Shown here: positions 1-13,542 of the stretch, one piece after another | Layout of the letters: every line of letters starts with the position of its first letter | How positions within the stretch are numbered: position 1 is the stretch's first letter | From: Trichoplax adhaerens | Lineage: Eukaryota > Animalia > Placozoa | Direction: 5' to 3' | Assembly: GCF_000150275.1 (NCBI RefSeq) | Contig: NW_002060960.1 | Coordinates: 820,469 to 884,468 of the forward strand | DNA length: 64,000 bases | The notes under the pieces: generated by a model | Databases searched by the model: none | What the model saw: the letters and a program-made list of their open reading frames with translations, nothing else | What the model was told of the DNA's origin: nothing | Program-made: the position numbers and the translations under genes

Positions 1-114
1 CATGACTATCTAAGTAATATGAATCAGTGCACAAAAACATTTCAAACATTAAAAAAATTTTAAATTTATAGTTACCTTTCGGGAGCCTTAACTATTAATA
101 TTTTGAGCTATTAC

Positions 115-3100
115 CTTGGCTACACTAGGTAAGTGTCTTATCATGTACTGCATAGTAGTTATCCCGTCTTTATTTACATTTAAGAGTAATTGTCGTCCAC
201 TATAATCAAAGTAGATCGAAAATATGAATGTTATGTAGGTGAACAATTTAATTATAGAGAATTTAAAAAGAGATTTTGCTTCTTCGAACAATAATATCGA
301 AGGCAGTTATTAATTGAGACTGTAATCTCTATAATTGCGATTTATACCTGTACTACCTAAAATAGGTATAGAATGAAGAAGTAATCATAATTTTATGCTC
401 ATTGCTTACTATTTATGCTTGAAAAGGATTATAGCAACCATTTCTTGTCTATGTTCTATGGCGTAATCTAAACTGGTCTTCTTATTTTCATCAGTTGCTA
501 AAGTATCCGCACCATAATCTACAAGTAGCTTTGCTATTTCATGAAATCCTCTGGCGGCGGCTGTATGCAATATCGTTTCCTATAACATTTTTTGGCATCA
601 TAACGCATGAAAATAGTAATTGATAATAAGGGTCATGAAAAAAAAGTAAATTGCGAACAATTTTGAAAGTCTTACTCATTAACTATTAAATTAGAAATAG
701 AAAATAATGTAAGGCCATTATCTTAACATAATCAATCTAATAAAAGTGTTATCTTATACTAAGAACAATGATTCCTACCCCTTTAGAATTTGCGATATTT
801 GGAGAAATGCCATGATTTAATAACAGCTCAACAATACTTGTGTAGCCCTTATTGACCGCAATTTCAATCGGCGTGATATAACTGCCGTCCCTAATCGCAA
901 GCAATATATGGTGCTTAATTAATCGTTGAAGAACGCGAAATGACAATTGCCTACGATGAATGATCACTCATACTTCTGCAGTACTGTACAATAAATTTAA
1001 GTTAATGGCTAATAATTATACTTGAATCTTCATATCGGCTATATGGAAAATTAGAAATATTGGCAGAAAAAATGAGGGCGAGCTTACCGTTTCGCAGCAT
1101 CAGCACCATAATTCAGCAAATACTGAATCGCCTCAAGATGACCACTTATCACAGCAACGTGCAAAGGCGTTCGTGATCTATCACCAATGCTGTTGATTAA
1201 AGAGGGCCCATTTTGGCATATTACTTGAATTGATTGAAGACTGCCACTTCTGAAGTAAATAGAAATACAGAAATATTCTAATAGAGTAAATCATATACTC
1301 TTAATTATTATTTCTTGTAAATGATCAGTTTTTGCGATATTAAATCGTTTTAAATTTTAGAAAGAGTTTCTGGTAATTTGATTATTTGAGTTAAGATTTA
1401 GGAGTAAAATTTGCATGACAAGTTAGAATAATTTTTTTCTGACGTAGTTAAATCAGTCAGGCAATAAGCAGTCTCTCATTTACTATGATGTGCTAGCTCT
1501 CATCTTTCTCTTATCAAAGCATACCTGCAGGCTAAATGTAACGGGCTGTTATCATCATCATCGACGACGTCGAGATTACCGCCTCGCGAAATTAAGAGCC
1601 TTAATACCTACTTATTGAAAATGTAATGAACTTTCTCAAGACCAGGATAATTTGTCATGTATTACCAGAATTTCTTAGTGTGTAATGGCTAAATAAATCG
1701 TGCTAGTCATACTAAAACGTATTACGGATATTAAAATCAGCCTTGATTGCTATTGCAAAATCTGGAGTGATCAGATGGCCTGTTCGCTGTAAAGCGTTAT
1801 CATCAAGGCCAGCATACATAAAATTTATAATCTAGCCGCTATTTATATCACATTAGAACAGCAATGTTAACGTTAAATATAAAAGTACATCTATATGGTA
1901 ACTTAAAGGGCCACATTCACCGAATTATATGCACCTATGATACAAAATGTAATCAAAAACTGAGCGTATACAGAATCTAGAACCTCATAACTTCCGGATT
2001 CGGCTGCATAATGTATTGCTGCTCTTCCGAGTGAATCAACTTCATTGATAAGTGAATTTGCTCCTCTCTATTTAAACCAGATGCAAAAACATGCATGCTT
2101 AATTCTTTAAACAAATTTAAAATCAAAGCATTAAAATTCTTTCATAAATCTCTATGTTATTCATTTTTATCAAATATTTGTACTTTTATTAACATAACGG
2201 ATACCTTGAGTAATTCTTCAAGGATTGCAACACGATTATGTATAGCGGCAATGTGAAGAGATGATCGATTGCGATCATCTTGCGTCAGGTAGTCTGCTTT
2301 ATTATTTAAAAGATATGTAACAGTTTCCGATTTTCCCTTTTCGATAGCATGTAGTAAAGCCGATTTACGTTTTCCGTCCATGTTGCTAACCGATGCTCCC
2401 TGATGTTTTTAACGTAACGGAAAAGCATTAAGCGAAACTGAACATATCAAAATGTACTGGTAATCTTTTTCAAGTACATTAAAACATAATAATAATATAC
2501 CATCATTAGTTAAATACTAATTCGTTTTCTTACGTTCTCTAGTAATATCTTTATAATGCTAATGTGACCACAAGATGCAGCAATATGAAAAGCGGTGTTG
2601 TAAAATTTATCACGCGCTTCAACATGAGCTCCACTTTCAATTAACACTTTAACTGCTTCGATTTGACCCGATGCCGCAGCGATGTGAAGCGGCGTTTGTC
2701 CATCTCGCTGTATCATTATTACAAAATTTAATTATAAATAAAGACAATCATTAATTTTAGAAATTGATGCAGTATGCTATTTAATATTGCAAAGTTTAGG
2801 GCTAGGGTTAGTTATAGTCACCCATTACGATGGAAATATACGTAACCCTTAGTCTGATTACTAGCTATATAGCGTACTTGTGCTGCATGAATGTCGCTTC
2901 CGATTTTCAAGCATAGCTTGATAGCCTGTTTAAAGAGAAAGGAATTAATAATATTCTATCATTAAATAAATTTTAGATAATTATACTTATATGCACTAAC
3001 TTCAATACGGCCTTTTTGAGCCGCTCGATGTAAGGGAGTTTGCTGATCGTTATCTGAAGCGTTTATTTGCTCGATCTCTGGAAAGTTATAATTGGAATGA

Positions 3101-5661
3101 TCCAATAGTATATTGATAAGTTCTACTGAGCCCTTTGCTGCTGCATAGTGAATCGGCATACTACCATCAATGGCTTTTTCATTAAGTGTGGCCCCTTTTT
3201 CCAACTGCAAGATAAACATACAAAAAAGAATAGTATCCATTATTGATACAAGAAGGAATATCCGATACCGTAACGTTAAGTATTCACTTAAAAAATATGA
3301 CTAATATGAATTTGTTACAAAAAATTATTATAATAAAAAGTCCGGTCATAAATTCCAACTAGTCTATTGACTTACCAGTAAGGCACATATTTCACTTTTT
3401 CCTTTCATGCAAGCCAGATGGAGAGCTGACATTTTATCCTTATCAACATTATTGATTAATAGTGGACTGAATTCCAATAAAACCTAATTTAATTAATATA
3501 TATACAATGATTACTTAGCTATACGATCAATTAATTGATATGATAATTGTGTAAATTTTAATAAGATATGCGTTGTATTACGTTTATTAAATACAGTATA
3601 AACACAACTTATAAAGAAAGTCTTACCAAGGTATAGAGATTGATATTTGACAAGACATAATATATAGAAATTATAGATTAACGAACTTGACAAGCTTGCA
3701 TTTTGCCATGCCGACAGGCAGTATGTAATGGGCCCTCGCCATTAGTATTTGTTAGACTTGTCGAGCCATAACGTTCGATTAAAAGGCGAAGTGCCTCGAT
3801 AGAGTTATATTTGGCAGCAATAAATATGGGCGTTTCATCATCATGTCCAATGCAGTCGATATCTAAAAATGTAGATACAAATGTAAATACAAAATATTTT
3901 GTATATGCTTTTATTTCATGGCTGACAGACTAAAAAATTAGAGTAATTTATTGAATCGTATATTCCTATTAGGCATTAATTTTTTCTATCTACTTTGTAG
4001 CATAGTGTAATGTAACTTAGTATTGTGACTGTAGACTGTTAGCCATGTTTAGTATAATGCACTGTAGATATTTATCCTAAGAGATATTTGGTAGCCATAA
4101 CTATAGCCTGTAGTGGTATAGACTCTATGCTAGAGTACAGATGACTATATGTAGTATTCGGCTAGAGTAGAGCTGTGTGTAGTAATCTTTGTATAAGATT
4201 CAATAAAGCCATTATTTTTCTAAAATTTCGAATCTCCTGATCGGTATACATCACACATAGCTCTGTCTCCAAATTTGATTGATAAATACGCTAGTCTTTC
4301 GGTTAATTTCAACCCTTTTATTAACTGTGTTAGTATATATATTTTCGATTACTACGGTAGTTAGTCAAAGTCAATCATTTGATGCTAACAAACTAAGTCC
4401 TATGCTAGGCCTCGAACACGTCTCCGAGAACTGTACTATGAATTATGACCACAATTATAACAGTAGTCAACTTAAAACTGTTACTGAAACTGTTTACTTT
4501 CTGTGATATGATTTGCTCGTACCGTACTATGAATTACGATAGTAAATATGACATAGTTAACTTAGAATTATAGCTGAAATTGTTCATTTTCTGCTATATG
4601 ATTTTCTAGTACCGTACTATGAATTATGACAGTAATTATGACAGCAGTTGATTTAAAATTATCGCTGAAACTGTTTACTTTCTCGGATATGATTTCCTAG
4701 TATTATATCATAAAATATGACAGTGATGATGACTGTAGTTAACTTAAGATTGTTGCAGAAACTGTTTATTTTCGGTGGTGTGATTTCCTAATACCGTGCT
4801 ATGAATTGTGACGGTAATTATGACTGTAGCTAAATTAAAATAGTTGCTGAAACTGTTTATTTTCGGCGATATGATTTTCTAATACCGTACCATGAATTAT
4901 GGCAGTAATTATGAATTATGACAGTAGTTAACTTGAGATAGTTGCTGAAACTAGTTATTTTCGGTAATGTGATTTCTTAGTATAATGCTATGACTTATGA
5001 TAGCAATTATGACAGTTATTAGGTTAAAAATTGTCACTGAAATTGTTTACTTCTAGTGATGTGACTTCCTATAACTATTATAGACAGTTAAATATGATTA
5101 ATTATTATGGTGTTCATCTAAGTGCTTTATAAGCTTAATGATCTATAATAAAGTTGATCTTCATAATTTCAGATAAAAGATTTAAGCTACAGAGAAACCG
5201 GTTACATGCTAGTTCGTTCAAACTTACCAGCACCATATTTAAGTAAACTCTTGATTATTTCTACACGATTGTATTTTGCAGCATAGTGTAGAGGAGACAT
5301 CTCATGTCGATCTAAGCGATTGCATTCAAAGCCATTATGTAATATAGCTTTGCTAAAATAGCGATCTAGAGCTTCCACATCTCCTGATTTAGCCGCCTAG
5401 GTGTTGTACCACAATAAGTAAAATTGAGTACTTGCTCGCAAATTAAGCTTAATGGACATAATTAAAGATCGTACTTATCGTTTTCGATATAAATTATAAA
5501 AATCATTTTACCCAAAAAAGATCACGAGCAGTGTCCTCGTCTACTAATTTAGACTGGCTAATATAAGATCCCATCAGTTCTTCCGGCATAACTTTATTAC
5601 CGATATCAGTTTGTGATCGAATTTTATTTCGATTCCAGACTCTAACGTTAACCTTCGACAT
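115..5661 (-). CDS. TRPA1: TRPA1-like transient receptor potential channel, N-terminal ankyrin-repeat region (5' 14 exons; gene continues beyond left edge)
   Basis: Manually spliced GT-AG exons keep frame: 5661-5512, 5396-5228, 3862-3687, 3483-3376, 3204-3001, 2925-2878, 2707-2534, 2399-2205, 2067-1984, 1607-1525, 1249-1088, 890-779, 579-410, 199-115 (1920 nt, 640 codons from ATG 5661, MSKVNVRV...). About 17 ankyrin repeats (SPLHYAAKYN, GPLHTACRHG, TPLHRAAQKG, TPLHIAAASG, TPLHVAVISG, etc.) are followed by TTMQYMIRHLPSVAK, resembling the TRPA1 post-ankyrin linker (PITEMIEYLPECMK) at nearly the same residue position. The transmembrane part is outside the window, so the TRPA call is inferred; the ankyrin gene itself is near-certain. 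Confidence 0.75.
4006..4255 (+). mobile_element. Solo LTR family A, internally deleted copy (250 bp), in TRPA-like intron 2
   Basis: TGTAAT...ATCACA ends, perfect 5-bp TSD CATAG on both sides, AATAAA at 4202-4207. Reverse complement matches both ends of 12989-13542 and 24459-25015 but lacks about 300 bp of the middle. Confidence 0.9.
4433..5075. repeat. Minisatellite, about 7 diverged copies of a 91-bp unit
   Basis: Unit GTACTATGAATTATGACAGTAATTATGACAG...GCTGAAACTGTTTA...GATATGATTTCCTAGTACC recurs at about 4433, 4524, 4614, 4705, 4796, 4887, 4985. Confidence 0.92.
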
Positions 5662-7747
5662 ATTGATTTCTTCAATTTCTCAAGGAAATTATCGCAGTAA
5701 ACAAATTACGATTTATCAAATTAGCCTAAAACATCGAGAGTTAGATTTTAGCTACTTTTATCCAGAGAAATCGCAGTAGGGATCGTTATTTTACACAAAA
5801 GCTGAAATGATGTCAAAGTCTGCGTACTTCCTGATTTGCTATACATTAAATAACGTAGATTATATTGTCGCTTTACAATAACAGTGCAGTAAAAAGTATA
5901 ATTAACATTGTTTGATCTTCTAAATATAATAGATAATTGTTATTATTCGCTTATAATATTGTATTACATTTAAGCTAGGTAAGGTCACCGAAAACAACGC
6001 CATAACTAAATTTATTGTATCCGTTGCTTATGTTAGCAGTACTAATATTACTACTTTCAATTAATTCCTTAGCATAATTTACGCCTTTATGGCAATGGAT
6101 ATAAAATTTAGTTAGAATGACGTACTTGTTTTTTTTACTATTATCAAGTAGAAAGAAATGTCCATAAAACAATTAAGTTTTATCTAAGTCAACAATTGCA
6201 TTTTTATAGGATTAATTTATTTGCATATTACTCATACTGTTTCTGGTTGCTTAGTTACCACTTATTGCACTTTTAGTAAGTTGTGTTAACTTTATAGTTC
6301 TTTTGCAAATTAAAAGACTTTACTTAATATTAAATATTAAGTAACAGTGATTTCGATGTAGAAATTTAATTGGCATTATGAAATTTCTTAAGAGTGCTGC
6401 TTTATGATTTTTTAATACCATCCCCTTACAATGAAAGCATCAAATTCTAAAATTGACGAAATAACGGCCTTTCATTAAAATAAATACTGATAAGCTATAA
6501 AGATTGTTGAAGATCGCAGCGTTCAAATTAATAAAAAAATATATTATACGTTATTAAACGCAAAGGAAGTTACAGGATAATCTTTTCTCATTTGAATTTG
6601 TGCAAATTATTCTTTTATATAATGCTAACTGCTGGTATTTCGATGAGCAACTTTAGATAGGCCATGAATACGCTTTTTATTTCAGTATAACTTCGGGTAA
6701 GGCAAAACTATTGATGTATTTCTCTACATTCGGTAAAGTGCAATTGATTTATGCCTTAAATTTGTAGATTGACAATGATATCCTGTCTTTTATTGATAAA
6801 TTAGTACAAGAATACAATATTAAGAGTTTTGGATATGAAATTTATGTAGTAAAGGACTAAAAGTAGAGTCCTTTATAGCTTTTAGTATGTAACTAGTATT
6901 ATTTTACTGTAGAAAATACCTAGAGAGTGATAGTGTCTTTAAGTTTTACCCTGCCAAACCATCATGTCGCCATCTTTTCTTCTTCATTATTTTACAAGGT
7001 ATTATATACATTATTATAAAATAAGGAAATATTAATCGGCATTTTGATTTGCTTATCGTATCGTAAAATAAGCCGTATCTAAGATCCCATCTACCACTAT
7101 AATACTGTCACTGCTTGACAATAAGCATCGCCAGTCTTATATAAAAGTGCAATTTTTCATACTTTATTGTCAATCTGGAATGTTAAAGTACCGGTACTTA
7201 AAATCTATTAAAATCGCTTCCCTGAAGTATTTATGGTAGAGTAAGCTGGTATTTCATTTAATTAGTAAATATCTATATCAAGAGTGACTTTGCAGCTTCC
7301 TGCTATCTATAAGTATGAGGTATATTTTAATTACTCTTGACAATATTCTATTTGATGTAAAGTTAATTCATAGTAGTTTGTAACAAAGTCATTCAATCAA
7401 AAAATGAAATTACTTGTTTAAATTTATTTTCAATTTTGAGTATAAACCTCATAAACTAGTGATTAACTTAGCAAATATAGTAGAATTAGAGAATTTGGGG
7501 CGTGAAAAGAAAGCGACCGGATTAAAATGAATTGATGCTAACCGGAGGGGACTGGAACATCACCTGCATTAAATCATATTGAGTGATTTTGCTTCTATTC
7601 AATATTAATCCAATATTGTATACCATTGCAGTATATTTGCAGACGCTATGATTTCCTATTGATTACATTGGTTTATTTCCAAAGCATCGATGCATCTTAT
7701 GTGATTGAAGATCTCTCTTGCTTCACTTCACTTATGTTTGATCAATT

Positions 7748-8064
7748 TGTAAGAATTAACAAAACACTGTCTTATCTCACAATAAGAATGGCCGATATAG
7801 ATAAAGCCTTCAAAATTCAAAACGTTTATTAAATCGCTATACAAATCACGTTCTGGGAATTCCATCGTAAATCACTTCTCCTCCCTCATAAGAGCAGTCG
7901 AAAAAGGCTAAGATAAACGGAATAATTATCCTAATATTTAGGACTATAAATCATCAGGCAGGTTACTATTACTTTCTATAGTACTTATGACTTCTAACTA
8001 GAGTATTACTTAGCTAGTTAATACAGAAGGAATCTTGAAATTTACGCGGCGCCAAAGTGATACA
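7748..8064 (-). mobile_element. Possible decayed solo LTR
   Basis: TGTA...TACA ends, flanks CAATT/CGATT (4/5), minus-strand AATAAA near 7825-7830. No second copy in window. Confidence 0.3.
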
Positions 8065-9895
8065 CGATTATTCTAGCCTGCCGTTAAATTCAGAATTATT
8101 ATTTCTGTATTACAAGATCTCCTTATGAACTGCATAGTATTGGCGAAGGACTGGAGAAACCGAAAGTGATTTTATGTTCAGGGTTGATACAATGTCGGCC
8201 ATGAAGTATATCTAGCTGATCAATTTCTAGCCGATTATTTAATTTAAGAATGGTACCCAATCCTATTCTATTGAATTTAATCTAAATGGCTTTTTAAAGA
8301 ATTAAATCAATCCATGTTAGTTTTACACAGCACCACAACTTTGCTGAGTAGAAAAGCCATCCTTTTTATTAGATATGGCAGTTTTAGAATAGAAACAGTA
8401 TAGTAAGTTTCAGTTTTTATTATCCTTCAGATGTTGCATTATGGGATGCGATTGAATTCCATTCTATGGGCGCTAGAGCGATTTCTTGGATCCAACATCT
8501 GGATTTAGATTCTAGATTTAGAGTTTCATACCGGGAGTGTTCTGATAATTTCTGATTGAGGAGAATTTATAAACTTTTAAGAAGCTCATAAGATGCTACT
8601 AACAAGTACTGAATGAAATTTCAGAATTATAAGCTATGCACAGATGGTACCCGATTGCATCAGGTCAGAGTGTCGTTTGTGTTTTTATGTCATCAAGTTG
8701 GACATTTGAAAGAATTTCGCATAATTTACGAATAGTATGAAAGAATAAGTACAAATGACTGCCATGGTTTAAACTAAATTTTATTCTTGTATTAAATAAT
8801 AAAACAGAGTTGATTATTTGAATGAACCTCGGCAGGACAATGACTGTCCTATATCTTAAGGTTATGATTGAGTTTATCTGTCTAGAATTTACTCAACAGC
8901 AAGAATGTAAGCTGATTAATCGTTATAAACGTCACGATCAATTGGCTTCATGGAATTTTTAATTAAATAAACTTACCAGTAAAGTTAAGCATGATAAATT
9001 AATTAATCCAAAGATTATTTAAATAAGTTAGCATTGAAATGTCATTAAAGATAGAGTCCATAAATTTCTTTCTGCAATCATATAAGAGTTGCAAAATATC
9101 TTATAGAAATGCAACCACAGCTTTAAATTAGTATGCTATGTTGAATAAGTGAAGAAAATTATCTGTTACTGATTTACTGCGTTCTTTGACCTACGCAAGT
9201 TTCGAGATACATCAATCTACTCTTGCACAGGAATTATGTAATATCAGAAACTGCCTTCTAATTTAATGTAGTAAAAAGAATAGCGGCCCTTATAGACTAT
9301 GAATATCAACATGAGTTACTTTCATAGATTTATTTTTCAATAGTACTGCATTAATAATATTAATTAGAGACCTATTACAAAGATCAAAGTAGCAATGTAT
9401 GAGCATGCTAATTAAATCTAATAATAGATAAAATATGAAATAATTTTATCCACTTTAGTACAGCACGTTAAATACACATGCTAATACATTTTACTTATCG
9501 GTCTTGAATAACGATTTTCATTTACTATTTTTTGTAATTTCATCGCAATAATCTTTACTGATTTAGGAAGAGATTGAAATAAATCAGATTTCTATTAAAG
9601 AGATAAAAATATTTACTGTCGTAATTTTAAACTAAAGCTGCAACAAAATTGTGGCTCGTAATTAAATTGATCATCAAAGCCAGTTACTTCAACCTGGGGT
9701 TCTGTAATAAGGCCTAAACTCTTCCTATGCTGCTATCCTATATAAATTAACAAAATTGGACCACATTTAAGGAATTTAATTTTCATTCTTAGCTGATGCA
9801 GCAAATATTACTCTAATTAAAACAAAGACTTATAAGAGAAGAACTGTAATACTATTGTGATTAAGTTATTAATTAAAAAATTACATAGGAATAAA

Positions 9896-11023
9896 TTAGG
9901 TAATAGCTGATAATAATCTTATCATTTGAAACTTACTTATCCGTAATGAGAAAGTTTGATCAGCACGATCTGCTTCATTACATCGGCTGATGTAACGTCG
10001 TAAAGGTAAAAAAAAGGAATGTAAAGGTTCACGAAAACGTTGAATATAATTAATATGAATGACAGGGCTGGTAATACCGGCTATTAACATTGCCAAATTT
10101 TGTATAATAAAGCAGATACTGGTAATATTTTTGTGAAAGTGTTGATTGCCCAACACAGTCATAGAAATAGAAATTAGCCATGTTACATTAAGTAAAAATT
10201 GAAGTAGAGATAGTTTACGAAGCATTTTGATAATATCTTTTTTTCGTTGGAACCCTGCATGAAATGATGAGTTCTGTTTCTCTAGATGGTTGGTAATGGT
10301 AGAATTTGTCATAGATGAGATAGAGATAGTGCTGCTAAGGTGGACTGATATTCTGTAATGGCAGTAAGTCGTGATAATTGCAGGTAACACAACTATTAAA
10401 GAGCATGAAATGAGTAAAAAACTTTGCTGTGTTCGATCTACTGTTAGTAGATCGCACAAATGGAAAATGGATTGTTGATTAACATTCGATTTCGCTGATG
10501 GAATAGCCCAAACTACACCAATACACCACAAAAGGATTAAAACTAATATAACCTGCCGATTTGCAAGGCGTCGACCATGGACTTCGGAATGTTTAACTTT
10601 TTGATAGCGAGCAATGCTAATAAATATTAAACTACCATTTATAACTACATTAGCCGTAATAGCAAGAGGAATCAAGAAACCGCATACGGTATAACTGACC
10701 CAAGGTATTAAAGTAATAGAACGATATTGCAATAGTGTTATAAAGTCTGCAAGCGACAACGTGGTGGCTAATAAGATATTAGCTATAGCAAGGTTTGCTA
10801 AAGCAAAAAATACAGGTATTGTAGTATCAGCTTTATATTTAATAACATAAATGATAAAACTGTTCAAAAAGCAGCTTATTAAACCAACAGTGCTATCAGC
10901 CAATAATTTGCACTGAAAAAAAATTAGCGGAATAGGCATTTCTAAAATTGTCGATGTTGAATTTGCATCGTAGTCATCGCTTAATTCCGTTGTGTTCAAG
11001 CAAAATGTTGAATTAAAGGCCAT
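9896..11023 (-). CDS. Intronless rhodopsin-class 7TM GPCR (cluster member 1, most divergent)
   Basis: Long ORF (first ATG 11023, aaaATGG), 7 hydrophobic segments, N-terminal N-glycan sequons, TM2 NLAIAN, TM3 CGF..P...SIARY, TM4 W, ECL2 Cys, TM5 P, TM7 SPVIH, helix-8 RFREP. Confidence 0.92.
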   Translation of the reverse strand: MAFNSTFCLNTTELSDDYDANSTSTILEMPIPLIFFQCKLLADSTVGLISCFLNSFIIYVIKYKADTTIPVFFALANLAIANILLATTLSLADFITLLQYRSITLIPWVSYTVCGFLIPLAITANVVINGSLIFISIARYQKVKHSEVHGRRLANRQVILVLILLWCIGVVWAIPSAKSNVNQQSIFHLCDLLTVDRTQQSFLLISCSLIVVLPAIITTYCHYRISVHLSSTISISSMTNSTITNHLEKQNSSFHAGFQRKKDIIKMLRKLSLLQFLLNVTWLISISMTVLGNQHFHKNITSICFIIQNLAMLIAGITSPVIHINYIQRFREPLHSFFLPLRRYISRCNEADRADQTFSLRISKFQMIRLLSAIT

Positions 11024-12988
11024 TTTATCCAATAGATTACTTGGTACTAAACAAATATTTTATTGCTTAGCTTGCTAATAAAAGTCGGCTCAAGTTTTCC
11101 ATTAACCATTCGAGCTATCCCTGAGCTTGTAACTAAATGAATTGATATTAAAGAATTTTACGAGCAATCATTACACAAGTTTACAATTATTTAAAATTGC
11201 TTACTACTGACACTTCTCCACAAAACCATTTCAAAAAAATTCTATATGAATAACATAAAATTGGAATATTCCAATCATAAGTCGCCACTGCCTCAAAATT
11301 AATTCATTAATCGACGTCATTGCGAAACTAAATTACGTAGTCATAAACATCAAGACATCATTTTATCGGTGTCTTTTCATCAGTAATATAGATTTAATAC
11401 CTGTCAACGATAATCAAACGAATTATTTACAAGGCAGTTAGCAATTCAATTGACATTCTACGTGTATGAAAATTTCGATTTTGGGTTGGTTGCAGTATTA
11501 ATATCGCAGCTTTAATGACTTAAATAAAGCTCACAAAAGAATCTGTTTCTGTGTCAGTAAGAATTCTATTTCATGAAATTAAATGACTGCTTAAATTTAC
11601 TGAATTCAATGATGTATCATTTAAAAGGAATCAATTAATTTTACATTATCATTAGAATAATATTTAACTTCTTGAATTAATAAATCTAGCCTTAAGCTGC
11701 CTTTCATCACTAGAAAAATACGACCAATTTTTGTATCAATCAGCTTTAGTTATTCACAGAAAGCGGTAGCAAAATTTATTCAATATAATTCAATAAATGT
11801 CTAGCTTACTAAACAAAAGGAAATTAATTCATATAATAACATTGTCCACTTATTGAAGGAAATAAAGATAAACCCGTGGTAGCATTTACTCAAAATAATT
11901 GAACCTTGAGAAGCAAATCCAAAAAATGTAATATTTCTTATTACCTACGTAATAAAAGATCTTCTGCTAAATATTCGCTAATAAACACATATCAACAAAA
12001 CAATTAGATTTTCATGCAAGCCCAGGGATAACATCTATCTAAAATATGGTAGCTTTGTTACAACTAATATTTCATAAAAGAATCCATTGTTTTATAAAGT
12101 AAAGTTTTTCATCGAACTTTTACCTATGGAAATCGCTATGTACTCTTACTTACAAAAGCAATTCTGAAGTAAATAAATTTCAAAGGTAGTATTTTACTTA
12201 ACGCATTCATATCCGGTCTAGAGCATTAGTAACTTCCCCATCATATAATTATTGTCCTCGCAATTTCTTGAGTAAATCGGTAAATTTTTTCAATCATAGC
12301 TGTCCAGCTACTTGAAGTTAATAAAATAATAATTTTAATTAACTGAGGTTACGCTGTCATTTAAAAATTATCATATGGATCAGCATTATTTGTCCAATAA
12401 GTTATAGAAATTATCTGATTATAATTTGCTTATCAGATGAGTGCATCAAAAATGCAGATAGTTTCATTTTGGTGATAAAAGTAAAAGATGGCCATAAATT
12501 ATAGCATCTGAGTCTTATAGAAATAGATTAAATTTTCTGAAAGTACTCGTTCAGATATATTCGAACATATGAAAGGGAGACATTTTATGCATTTCAAGCC
12601 CTTAATGAAGTTTAAGATCAATAAAATGAGTTTTCATCGATTTTCAGGAAGATGTAGAAGGAATTTACGATGGGGCAGCCGGATATCAATTTTACTAGGA
12701 ACAGATGAAAGTCTGTAGTCCTTTGTTTATGAAAAATACAGTATCCAAGGATTGTAAATTTTTGCGTTACTATAGCGAATAGCATTATTTCATATCAATT
12801 ATAATCATGAAAGTAAAATTTCGAATCAAGCTGTCATAATCTTGAGTGGGCATAGGAAGAATGAAAACATTATGAAACCATAATGAAATCAGCTTTAGAA
12901 TTTCATTTTGATGTGGTCATTGTCCAGTTTTGTATTACGCAGTTCCATTATTTGAATCAGTTATCGTCATCTATTTTATCATGCATAC

Positions 12989-13542
12989 TGTGATATATAC
13001 CGATCACGAAATTCCAAATTTTAGAAAAATAAGGGCTTTATTGAATCTTATACAAAGATTAACTACACACAGCTCTACTCTAGCCGAATACTACTACTAA
13101 AGACTTCTACAACGAACTGACAGAATAATCTAAGGTTGCATGCTTTTATATTTTTCGTAGCATTCGCAGCTACAATCCGCATGGCAACCTTTTACCTTAT
13201 TTTACACATAGTTAAATTATTCTTAGTAAGACTATTCTACTGCGGACCATCATTAATCCGATATGGATACGACTACAGTATTTACGTAGACATTATTCAC
13301 ACCAGCCAAAGTACAATGAATTAACTATATCCTAATATATGATTTACAGTTCTATTTTTACCTATAACCTTATTAGTAACTCAACACCTTACTGTATATA
13401 TAGTCATCTGTACTCTAGCATAGAGTCTATACCACTACAGGATATAGTTATGGCTACCAAATATATCCTAGGATAAATATCTCCCGTACATTATACTACA
13501 CATGGCTAACAGTCTACAATCACAATACTAAGTTACATTGCA
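12989..13542 (-). mobile_element. Solo LTR family A, full length (554 bp)
   Basis: TGTGAT...ATTGCA ends; highly similar to 24459-25015; flanks CATAC/TATGC (3/5, possibly a decayed TSD); minus-strand AATAAA near 13037-13042. Confidence 0.85.

Noticed and set aside
4279-4506. 75-aa ORF with signal-peptide-like start
   Set aside because: TTG start, antisense in an intron, runs into the minisatellite.
4433-5075. CRISPR-like regular array
   Set aside because: Whole 91-bp units are homologous with no unique spacers; eukaryotic intron; no cas genes.
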